From NCBI GenBank assembly GCA_036518915.1, contig DATDME010000031.1, positions 1 to 36,581 of the forward strand: DNA of 36,581 nucleotides, read 5' to 3'. The stretch's first letter is position 1. Every line of letters starts with the position of its first letter. The notes below the pieces were generated by a model, which saw nothing but the letters and a program-made list of their open reading frames with translations, made no database searches and was not told where the DNA came from. Source of the DNA: Candidatus Saccharimonadia bacterium (GTDB lineage Bacteria; Patescibacteriota; Saccharimonadia; UBA4664). The translations under genes were made by a program, and so were the position numbers. This document shows, in pieces, positions 6,923 through 14,558 of this stretch.

Positions 6923-8047
6923 ATGGCTGACGAGCCAAAAACTCCTCCGGCGGGCGAATCCAACCCGACCAATATTTCCCCAGCGCCCGCCGATGTCGCC
7001 GACAAGCCGGCCGAGGATGCTGCGGCCGAACAGCCGCTGGCCGCGTCCAAGCACGTTATGCCCGCGGATCCGCTACCCGACGGTACCGTCCCCACCATTA
7101 TCCAAGAGGGCGAGAGCCACCGCGCAGTGCCCAAATCCAAGGCCTCACTGACGCGCGTTTACCGCAAAGCCGACATCCTGACCACCGTTCTCACCGCCGG
7201 CGGAGTGATCTTGGCCATCCTCATCATCTCGGGGATTTACCTGTATTTTGCCAACCGCAACAAGCCCAAGCTCGCCACGCCCAAAGTCACCGCACTCGAC
7301 CAAGCCGACCTCAATAAACTGGGCGCGTTCTTCCAGGGCAACGCCAGCGGCAGCGACACGGAAGTTCTCACCATCAACTCCTCCACGCTGTTCAAAAACC
7401 GCGTCGCGACTAACTCAGACCTCAAAGTGGTAGGCGGCGCGGAAATCACCGGCTCCACCATCCTGAGCGACCTCAGCGTCACCAAAACCGCCAACCTCGG
7501 CATCGTCAACATCAACGGCCAGCTGGTCGCCAGTGGTCCGGCCAACATCAAAGGCAACGCCCTGTTTGGCGCCGGCGCTAGCGTCAACGGCAACTTGGCC
7601 GTCACCGGCACCGGCTCATTCGGCGGCACGCTCTCGGCCGGTACGCTCAACGTCACAAACCTCACCGTTACCGGCACGCTCAACCTGGCCGGCCATATCT
7701 CGCTCGCCGGGCAAAACCCCAGCGCCTCCCCCGGCTCTGAGGCCGGTGCCGGCGCCACCGCCACCGCCGACGGCAACGACGCCGCCGGCACCGTCACTGT
7801 TAATACCGGCACCGTCGCCGCGCAGCTCCCACCGGTTGGCGGCCTGCTCGTAAAAGTCACCTTCCGCACCCCCTACCCACGCGCGCCCAAGGTTGTCATC
7901 AGCGCCGACAGCCAAGCCTCCGCCGCTCTGCAGTATTACGTCCTCAAAACCGCCAACGATTTTACCATCGGCGTGTATTCCTCAAGCCCCTATCCCCTAC
8001 CCAGCTCAAACACCAGCTACTCGTTTGATTACTGGGTAGTGCAGTAG
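6923..8047 (+). CDS. Membrane-anchored protein with G/N/T/V-rich beta-helix-type repeats and a compact C-terminal domain
   Basis: Pro/Ala-rich N-terminus, then TM LTTVLTAGGVILAILIISGIYLYF. Repeats such as LKVVGGAEITGSTILSDLSVTKTANLGIVNINGQLVASGPANIKGNALFGAGASVNGNLAVTGTGSFGGTLSAGTLNVTNLTVTGTLNLAG. C-terminus VKVTFRTPYPRAPKVVISADS...FTIGVYSS...YSFDYWVVQ. Confidence 0.8.
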   Translation: MADEPKTPPAGESNPTNISPAPADVADKPAEDAAAEQPLAASKHVMPADPLPDGTVPTIIQEGESHRAVPKSKASLTRVYRKADILTTVLTAGGVILAILIISGIYLYFANRNKPKLATPKVTALDQADLNKLGAFFQGNASGSDTEVLTINSSTLFKNRVATNSDLKVVGGAEITGSTILSDLSVTKTANLGIVNINGQLVASGPANIKGNALFGAGASVNGNLAVTGTGSFGGTLSAGTLNVTNLTVTGTLNLAGHISLAGQNPSASPGSEAGAGATATADGNDAAGTVTVNTGTVAAQLPPVGGLLVKVTFRTPYPRAPKVVISADSQASAALQYYVLKTANDFTIGVYSSSPYPLPSSNTSYSFDYWVVQ

Positions 8048-8060
8048 CTAGTCAACAATC

Positions 8061-8085
8061 AAAAACCGCCCCAAAGGGCGGCTTT
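8061..8085. terminator. Bidirectional intrinsic terminator between convergent genes
   Basis: aaaaa-CCGCCC-caaa-GGGCGG-cttt. 6-bp GC stem with a tetraloop, A-run on one side and T-run on the other. Confidence 0.6.
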
Positions 8086-8109
8086 AAATGTACAAAATAC
8101 GCAGTTCGT

Positions 8110-8409
8110 CTAGGCGATCTTGGTAATCTTCACCTGGGTGTAATGCTGGCGATGGCCAGTCAGACGCTTGACGCGCTTTTTCGGCTTAAACTTCAGAACC
8201 TTGAGCTTGTCGCCCTTCACCTCGCCGAGCACCTCAGCGTGCACCTTGACGCCGTCCACCAGCGGGGTGCCCACGGTGGTCTTGTCGCCGTCAATCACGA
8301 GCAGCGCGTCAAACTCGTACTTCTTACCGTCGCCGAGGATCTCAAGTTCTAGAACTTGGTCCGGCTCCACGATGTATTGCTTCCCACCGGAAGCGATCAC
8401 TGCTTGCAT
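8110..8409 (-). CDS. rplU: 50S ribosomal protein L21
   Basis: MQAVIASGGKQYIVEPDQVLELE...KVLKFKPKKRVKRLTGHRQHYTQVKI is the canonical L21 sequence pattern. SD AAGGGG lies upstream. Confidence 0.95.
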   Translation of the reverse strand: MQAVIASGGKQYIVEPDQVLELEILGDGKKYEFDALLVIDGDKTTVGTPLVDGVKVHAEVLGEVKGDKLKVLKFKPKKRVKRLTGHRQHYTQVKITKIA

Positions 8410-8479
8410 AGTATAAAGCCCCTTTCGTGCCCGTTTTCTCTGCGGGCGTGCTTTCGTTTAATTGCTGCGTAACTTGCGA

Positions 8480-8508
8480 ATAATAACAGATATTGCCAAT
8501 TTGGTAAA
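8480..8508 (-). promoter_or_regulatory. Putative rplU promoter (TTTACC-N17-TATTAT)
   Basis: Minus strand: -35 at 8503-8508 and -10 at 8480-8485. The ~70-nt leader contains the hairpin GCCCG-cagagaaaa-CGGGC. Confidence 0.45.
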
Positions 8509-8569
8509 GACCTTGGGTGGGCCGGGGGCAAACGCATCGTCTCGTCCCCGGCCCATCCGTGTGGCGCCG

Positions 8570-8740
8570 TCAGGCGCCGCGGTGGCGCCGTGATCTCCAA
8601 ATCCGGGTCCAGCGGGCTTGCGCCCACACGCCAAGCGCTGTGCCCGCCATCACCAACGCGGCGGTTGCCACAGCCTGCCCCACCAGCGTCGACGACACCG
8701 GCGGGGCCAGATGGGCCCGGTCCCGATCTACCATCACCAT
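8570..8740 (-). CDS. Possible small single-TM protein (56 aa)
   Basis: GGAGAG lies 4 nt upstream of ATG 8738-8740. Sequence MVMVDRDRAHLAPPVSSTLVGQAVATAALVMAGTALGVWAQARWTRIWRSRRHRGA: hydrophobic helix plus basic tail. Starts 10 nt after the zinc-ribbon ORF stop. A GC-rich shadow cannot be excluded. Confidence 0.3.
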   Translation of the reverse strand: MVMVDRDRAHLAPPVSSTLVGQAVATAALVMAGTALGVWAQARWTRIWRSRRHRGA

Positions 8741-8750
8741 GCTACTCTCC

Positions 8751-8963
8751 TCAGTTCGTGACCGATGTCGATCCGCAGCTCTCACAGATATAACACGACC
8801 CGGCGGGCCGCATCTTCGTGCCGCAGGTGGAGCACATGGGGGCATCAGCCCCCGCCGCCGGCTGGCCGGCCGGCGAAGGCTCCGGGGTGTTGGCCACCTG
8901 AGACTCCATACGCCGCCTCGTGATCGCCACCAACACGTCAAACAGGAAGCCTGTGAGGTCCAT
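8751..8963 (-). CDS. Small zinc-ribbon protein (70 aa), resembling the C-terminal tail of class II ribonucleotide reductase
   Basis: C-x2-C-x10-C-x2-C-x2-C: PMCSTCGTKMRPAGSCYICESCGSTS, preceded by a Pro/Ala linker. Confidence 0.45.
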   Translation of the reverse strand: MDLTGFLFDVLVAITRRRMESQVANTPEPSPAGQPAAGADAPMCSTCGTKMRPAGSCYICESCGSTSVTN

Positions 8964-9029
8964 TGCACTTCGTCATATTTCCGCCCTTCGGGGTCGAATA
9001 ACATACGGCGACCGCCAAACTATGCCAGA

Positions 9030-10145
9030 TTAGCCCTCAAATTGCAACTTCTTGCGCCGCACCGCCACGCTCTCTAGCAGGCCCAGGGCCACCATCCCCA
9101 CCATCAAACTCGTCCCGCCATAGCTCACAAACGGCAACGGGATACCCGTGACCGGCGCCACGCCCATATTCATGCCGGTGTTAATCACCACATGGAACAA
9201 AATCATGGCTACCGTGCCCACCGCTAAAAACATCCCAAACCGGTCCTGAGCGCCATAGGCAATTCGCAGTCCCCGCCAAAACAACAGGCCGAACAACAAC
9301 AGCAGCAGCGTGCCGCCAATAAAGCCCATTTTCTCGTTGAGGACGGCAAAGATAAAATCGGTGTGCTGAGCCAGACTCGGCAAGAAATTGAGCTGACTCT
9401 GCGACCCAGCCGCCAGCCCCCGGCCAAACACCTGTCCGCTGCCCACCGTAATCTGCGACTGCACCGCGTTGTACCCAGTGTGCAGCGGATCGGCCGTCGG
9501 GTTGAAGAAGTTTTCTAGCCGCGCCCGCTGAAACGGTTTGAGCAGGGCCAGCACCACCGGCATGAGCGCCAGCCCGCCCGCCGCCAACACCGCCAAATGC
9601 AGCTTGCGCACCGGCGACACCAGCACCATGGCCAGCCAAATCGCTAGTAGCACCATGGCCGTGCCCAAATCTGGCTGGCGCGATACCAGCACCGCCGGCA
9701 CTGCCACATACACGAGCGACAACGCCAAATACCTCGGTCGCTCCATGCGGTCATAGTTATCGGCAAAGAATTTAGCCAGCACCACAATGAGTACCAGCTT
9801 GGCAAACTCCGACGGCTGAAAATTGAAAAAACCCAGGTCAATCCAGCGCTGCGCCCCCAGCACCGACCGCGCGAACACCAGCACGAACACGAGCGTTGCC
9901 AGCATCAGCCCATACAGCCAGGGCGCCAACCGTGCCCACGACCGGTAATCCACGCGCACCGCCCCAATAAAACCCAGCAGCCCAACCAGCGCGAACTCGG
10001 CCTGGTGAATCACGTCACTAAACCCCGTCGAGCGGGTCGCCTTAAAGGTGGTCGACCAAATCACCAGCAGCCCAATCGCCACCAATAGCAGCATTACCAC
10101 CGCCAAGATCCAATCAAAATTGCGATAGAAGCGGGCCCTTAGCAC
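9030..10145 (-). CDS. SEDS-family peptidoglycan glycosyltransferase (RodA/FtsW/SpoVE family)
   Basis: Multi-TM protein. Family motifs: QSQITVGSGQVFGRGL, LPSLAQHTDFIFAVLNEKMGFIG, GVAPVTGIPLPFVSYGGTSL. GTG start preceded by AGGGGA. Confidence 0.9.
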   Translation of the reverse strand: MLRARFYRNFDWILAVVMLLLVAIGLLVIWSTTFKATRSTGFSDVIHQAEFALVGLLGFIGAVRVDYRSWARLAPWLYGLMLATLVFVLVFARSVLGAQRWIDLGFFNFQPSEFAKLVLIVVLAKFFADNYDRMERPRYLALSLVYVAVPAVLVSRQPDLGTAMVLLAIWLAMVLVSPVRKLHLAVLAAGGLALMPVVLALLKPFQRARLENFFNPTADPLHTGYNAVQSQITVGSGQVFGRGLAAGSQSQLNFLPSLAQHTDFIFAVLNEKMGFIGGTLLLLLFGLLFWRGLRIAYGAQDRFGMFLAVGTVAMILFHVVINTGMNMGVAPVTGIPLPFVSYGGTSLMVGMVALGLLESVAVRRKKLQFEG

Positions 10146-10167
10146 TCCCCTATCTTACACGGTAGCC

Positions 10168-13164
10168 TTAACGCTTGGCCACTTCCACGTACAATTCCGC
10201 CCCGGCCACCCTCACCGGCACACCGTCCGCCGTGCCCTTAGTGCGCAACTCTTCGGCCAGCGTCTCGGCCTTGATGGTTTCCGCGTGCGCCGCCAGGGCC
10301 TCCGCCAACTCTGACGAATCCGTCACCAGCGTCAAAGTAATCCGATCGTCCAGCTGCAACCCAGCCTCCTTGCGCGCATTCTGCACATGGCGCACCACAT
10401 CGCGCATCATGCCCTCGGCTTTGAGTTCGGGCGTTAACGCTGTATCCAATTTGACTACTTCGGTTACGGTCAAATCCGCTTGCAAATCCATACGAAAATC
10501 AAAATTTAATTGTTTGACGTTTACTTCTTCCATAAAAATCGACCGCATCCATTCAGGGAATCCAATCTTAGGCTTAACTGCCAATGCAATGCGAGCAGAG
10601 CCCAGTGGTTGACGGACCTTAACCTTCGCGGCTGCGCGTTGCGACAAGGCCTCAGTGATAACTTCTCGCAACCATGACATCTTTTTAAGAAGTTTTTCAT
10701 CCACTTCGCCCGCCACCGGCCAATCGCTCAAATGCACGCTGGCCGGCACGTTCATGCCATCGGTCAGTTCGCGCCACAGTTTATCGGGCACAAACGGTGA
10801 CCACGGCGCCAAGAGCTGCGCCGTCCGCACCAACACGTAATGCAGCGTAGCGTAGGCGGCCGCCTTATCGCCGTCGTCCTCGCTCTTCCAGAACCGCCGC
10901 CGCGAGCGCCGCACGTACCAGTTGCTCATATCATCCACCAGGTCGCGCAACGGCCGCACCGCCCGAGCCAGCTGGTAGGCGTCGGTTTGCTCGGTCACTT
11001 CGGCGATAGTTTGGTTGAGCCGCGCCAGCATCCATTGGTCAAGCAAATTATCGGATTTTGGTTCCACTAAGTCTTTACCTGGCTGCCAACCGTCAATCTC
11101 GGCATAGGTCGACATAAACGAGTACACGTTCCACAGCGTCATAAACACATTGCGCTTAGTTTCATTGACGGCGTCGTAGCTAAAGCGTACATCCTCGCCC
11201 GCCACCACCGGTGAGCTCATCAGGAAGAAGCGCAGCGAATCGACGCCCGTGCCGTCAAAAATCTCCGATGGCTCAGGATAGTTCCGCAAGCGCTTGCTCA
11301 GTTTCTTGCCATCGGCCGCCAGCACCATGCCATTTACGACCACGTTCTTAAACGCCGGCTTGCCAAACAGCGCCGCACCCAACACGTGCAGCGTGTAGAA
11401 CCAGCCGCGAGTTTGATCGAGACCCTCGGCAATAAACTCGGCCGGAAACGCCTGCTCAAACCCCGCCTTATCCGCAAACGGATAGTGGTCCTGCGCATAC
11501 GGCATCGCGCCCGACTCAAACCAACAATCAAACACCTCTTCAGTCCGGCGGTAGGTTTTGCCGTCGCGCTCGATCGTTACCGCGTCAATCCCCGGCCGAT
11601 GCAAGTCAAACTCGCCGTCCTTGCCAGACAGTTTCTTCAGCTCGTCAATCGAGCCCACCACAATAATGTCCGACTCATCCTTCTCATTCACCCAAATCGG
11701 CAGCGGCGCACCCCAAAAGCGGTTGCGGCTAAAGTTCCAATCGCGGGCCTCGGCCAGCCAATTACCAAACCGGCCCTGCTTAATATGACCTGGCACCCAG
11801 CTGATCTGCTCATTATTGGCCACCAACTGGTCGCGCAATTTCGTAACCGCAATAAACCAGCTCGGCATGGCAAAGTACAGCAGCGGCGTCTCGCAGCGCC
11901 AGCAAAACGGATAGGTGTGCTCAAAGGTTTCGGCGGCAAAAATGCGGCCCTTGCGCGTCAGGTCAGCGATGATGTGCGGGTCGGCGTCCTTAAAAAACGT
12001 GTCAGCGATTTCTTCTAATCCGGCTTCATCTTTAAAACCACCAACCATCTTGCCAAATCCGTTGACGCTTTCGATTAGGGGCAAGCCAACCTTCAAGCCA
12101 AGTTCCAAGTCAGTTTCCCCATATCGGGGTGCGACATGTAAAACACCAGTTCCATCATCAAGACTGACTGACTTATCCGCGTATACGCGCCAGACCGCCT
12201 CAGACTGCGACTTTGGCCCATTTGCCGTAACGTTATCCATAAATTTAGTCGTACGATGTACAAATTCCGGATAGAGACCCTCATACTGCGCGCCTACAAG
12301 CTCGCTTCCCCTTACCGTCTTCACCACCTTATATTCTGCTTTGCGAAGCGTTAATTCGCCCAGCCGCGACTTCGCCAAAATCAGCCGCTCGCCCTTGGTC
12401 CACGAATCGCCGTTATCCAGCAGCTCCACCTCGGCGTACTCTGCCGACTCGTCCACCGCCAGCGCCGCGTTGGCCGGCAGGGTCCACGGCGTGGTCGTCC
12501 AGGCCAGCAGGCTGACGCCCTCGCGGCCCACTACCGGAAACTTCACGTACACGCTCGGGTCCGGCACGTTGTCTTTGTAATTCTGGTTCACTTCAAAATT
12601 CGACAGCGGCGTGGCACACCGCGGGCAGTACGGGTTCGACCGGAAGCCGCGGTACAACAAGCCCTTCTCGTGCAGCTGGCTCAAAATCCACCAGACACTC
12701 TCAATGTAGGTATCATCCAACGTGGCGTAGGCATTTTTCTGATCCGCCCAGCGGCCCATCCGGTGGTACAGCTCCTCAAACACGTCGCGATAACGGAACA
12801 CACTGTCCCGCGCCAGTTTATTAAATTTTTCTATGCCAAACTCAAGAATTTCCTTCTTGCCCGAAATCTTGAGCTCTTTTTCAAGTTCGTATTCCACTGG
12901 CAGGCCGTGCGTATCCCAACCCAACCGCCGCGGCACGTAATAACCGCGCATCGTCTTGTAGCGCGTAATGGAATCCTTGATAGTGGCCGCCAAAATATGG
13001 CCATAGTGCGGCCGCCCGTTCGCAAAAGGCGGGCCGTCATAAAAACTAAACCGCTGGCCGCCTTTGCGGGCATCAACGCTCGCTGCAAAGGTTTTTTCGG
13101 CGTCCCACTTGGCCAATATCTCGGCTTCAAACGCGGGAAAATCGGGGGCTTGGGCTTTCTTCAC
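10168..13164 (-). CDS. ileS: Isoleucine--tRNA ligase (type 2 / eukaryote-like signature)
   Basis: [14 protein letters not shown] (HIGH region) and [10 protein letters not shown] (KMSKS region). 998 aa. GTG start 6 nt after AGGAG. Confidence 0.97.
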   Translation of the reverse strand: MKKAQAPDFPAFEAEILAKWDAEKTFAASVDARKGGQRFSFYDGPPFANGRPHYGHILAATIKDSITRYKTMRGYYVPRRLGWDTHGLPVEYELEKELKISGKKEILEFGIEKFNKLARDSVFRYRDVFEELYHRMGRWADQKNAYATLDDTYIESVWWILSQLHEKGLLYRGFRSNPYCPRCATPLSNFEVNQNYKDNVPDPSVYVKFPVVGREGVSLLAWTTTPWTLPANAALAVDESAEYAEVELLDNGDSWTKGERLILAKSRLGELTLRKAEYKVVKTVRGSELVGAQYEGLYPEFVHRTTKFMDNVTANGPKSQSEAVWRVYADKSVSLDDGTGVLHVAPRYGETDLELGLKVGLPLIESVNGFGKMVGGFKDEAGLEEIADTFFKDADPHIIADLTRKGRIFAAETFEHTYPFCWRCETPLLYFAMPSWFIAVTKLRDQLVANNEQISWVPGHIKQGRFGNWLAEARDWNFSRNRFWGAPLPIWVNEKDESDIIVVGSIDELKKLSGKDGEFDLHRPGIDAVTIERDGKTYRRTEEVFDCWFESGAMPYAQDHYPFADKAGFEQAFPAEFIAEGLDQTRGWFYTLHVLGAALFGKPAFKNVVVNGMVLAADGKKLSKRLRNYPEPSEIFDGTGVDSLRFFLMSSPVVAGEDVRFSYDAVNETKRNVFMTLWNVYSFMSTYAEIDGWQPGKDLVEPKSDNLLDQWMLARLNQTIAEVTEQTDAYQLARAVRPLRDLVDDMSNWYVRRSRRRFWKSEDDGDKAAAYATLHYVLVRTAQLLAPWSPFVPDKLWRELTDGMNVPASVHLSDWPVAGEVDEKLLKKMSWLREVITEALSQRAAAKVKVRQPLGSARIALAVKPKIGFPEWMRSIFMEEVNVKQLNFDFRMDLQADLTVTEVVKLDTALTPELKAEGMMRDVVRHVQNARKEAGLQLDDRITLTLVTDSSELAEALAAHAETIKAETLAEELRTKGTADGVPVRVAGAELYVEVAKR

Positions 13165-13392
13165 GGGGGTCTCCTACTAAAAATCCATCCGGACTTGTGC
13201 AGGGACCCGCGTAACCCGCGGGCGGTACCACCCTGCTTTCCAGATGGACACTTCATTTACCGCCGATATCGTTCGGGGCAGACGTCAGATTCTACTGGGC
13301 CACTGGCCGTTCTTTCTGCTGCTTCGCGGTTGATGGCCGCTCACGGCCCGCACCGGGCCAGCGCATTACCAGATTGTTAACTTATTATATCA
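13165..13392 (-). promoter_or_regulatory. T-box leader (tRNA-Ile sensing) with extended -10 promoter, upstream of ileS
   Basis: Minus strand: TGATATAAT (13384-13392). T-box core AGCAGGGUGGUACCGCC (core at 13221-13233). Antiterminator-type fold GCAGGG[UGGUACCG]CCCGCG-GGUUA-CGCGGG-U-CCCUGC (13199-13236). Candidate specifier AUC-A (13332-13334). U5 at 13179-13183, then SD and GTG. Confidence 0.8.
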
Positions 13393-13471
13393 CAATTTAT
13401 ACCAGATGGTAGGGCACCTCCGGACCCCAGGTCATGGACCGCCAGGGTCCGGAGAGTTAGATGAGCACGAC

Positions 13472-14210
13472 TCAAGTCATCGGCGCGGTCCAGCCTAGTG
13501 CATCGGCCACCTGCTGAACCGCCCAATCCGCATTACGCGCTAGGTTTTGAATGGCCCGACGACCCTCCTTGATAGCCTCGGTAACTTTAGGTATATTCCA
13601 AACAACACCTTCGCTCTCAAGCCACTGACAGACATCCGACACCGTCTGATATTTCGTCCGCCGAACCACCAGGAACATCCAGAGCCGAAGCACGTGCAGG
13701 AGCTGCGAATTCGCGGCTTTCGGCTCCGGCCATTTTTTGGTACCTTGACACCCGCGAACTGGTAAAACTTCATGAGCTCAGCCAAAATGGCAGCCGGATT
13801 AGTCGTAAACGTTGGCTTGGCCTCTCTGGCTTCTGGCATGAGATTGCGGACAATTGCTAAGAGTTCTCCGACGAGCCGTGTCCACGGCTGCTGGGAGCTT
13901 TCTAGCTCGCCAGTAACCTTTCCGCGACGCGCTGTCACGCGCGCTGCCGACCAGTCAGCCCCCCACGCCGATTCAACTCCGCTGCCAGCCGCCCTGGGCT
14001 CATGCCACAGCACTGCAACATTACATGGATGGCAACCGACTGGAGCATGTGTGCGATACTGCCTCTACGGGCCGGCTGGGCCCACAGTCCTGAGACTGTC
14101 AAGCATATGCCACCACTCCTCATCTGCTCAACCATCCAGGCCGACACGCCACTAAACACGTCGTTAAATACATCGTCACTTACAGGAGTCTCAGTATTAG
14201 GCTTTGTCAC
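13472..14210 (-). pseudogene. Coding region of ~245 codons split over three frames by two -1 shifts; HTH-like segments; possible mobile-element remnant
   Basis: Track ORFs 13935..14210, 13540..14013 and 13472..13693 are successive -1 frames. They join sensibly at G6 (13959-13964: ...LAAELNRRGG|ADWSAARVTARRGK...) and at A6 (13733-13738: ...FAGVKVPKK|WPEPKAANSQLLHV...). Flanked by a 13-bp inverted repeat. Confidence 0.4.
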
Positions 14211-14291
14211 GATGTCGCTCCTAGCCGTCTCGAGTCGTGCTTCGGGATATCCGACTTGATGTTTATACCTAGCCTGAAGCCGTTTTGCAAG

Positions 14292-14558
14292 CTACATCTG
14301 CGACGAAAACAGACTAACAATCACCAATTGAATCACCTGCAGTAAAATAAACGCCACCAATGGCGATAAATCCAAGCCCATGTTGCGCGGCAACAACTCA
14401 CGGATGGGCGCCAAAAGCGGTTCAGTCGCGCTAACCACCCAGGCGTACAGCCGGTTGGTCGGCGACGCCACCCAGCTCATTACCACGCGCAGCAACAAGA
14501 GCACATAAAACACCCGCACAAAAATAATCACAAATTCAAGAAAAACCGCCGAGATCAT
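14292..14558 (-). CDS. yggT: YggT family membrane protein
   Basis: 88 aa with two hydrophobic helices. LLRVVMSWV...L.EPLLAPIRELLP...GLDLSPLVAFILLQVI is the YggT pattern. Sits in the dcw-cluster position downstream of ftsZ. Confidence 0.85.
   Translation of the reverse strand: MISAVFLEFVIIFVRVFYVLLLLRVVMSWVASPTNRLYAWVVSATEPLLAPIRELLPRNMGLDLSPLVAFILLQVIQLVIVSLFSSQM

Noticed and set aside
8410-9029. Long ORFs 8517..9077(+), 8570..9004(-) and 8397..8627(-), and a possible tRNA/sRNA in the rplU upstream region.
   Set aside because: These ORFs are Arg/Pro-rich shadows. Only the zinc-ribbon ORF and, weakly, the SD-preceded 56-aa ORF were kept. I could not draw a cloverleaf, and the hairpins look like terminators or insulators.
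12670-13380. 236-aa plus-strand ORF spanning the ileS 5' end and its leader. Similar long antisense or out-of-frame ORFs occur at 11386..12018, 26639..27316, 7237..7869, 20964..21464, 31191..31859, 32212..32823 and 199..672.
   Set aside because: They lie antisense to, or out of frame with, genes that have unmistakable family motifs. Their products are Arg/Pro/Ala/Gly-rich low-complexity sequences, typical of shadow ORFs in GC-rich DNA.
13727-13741. A-AAA-AAT heptamer considered as a programmed -1 ribosomal frameshift site (IS1/IS3/dnaX style).
   Set aside because: Kept only as a remote possibility. The same coding region needs a second -1 shift at a G6 run with no slippery heptamer, I see no obvious downstream stimulatory hairpin or upstream SD-like element, and a third unrelated gene (HIT) also carries a 1-nt deletion. 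Mutation or an assembly error is more parsimonious.
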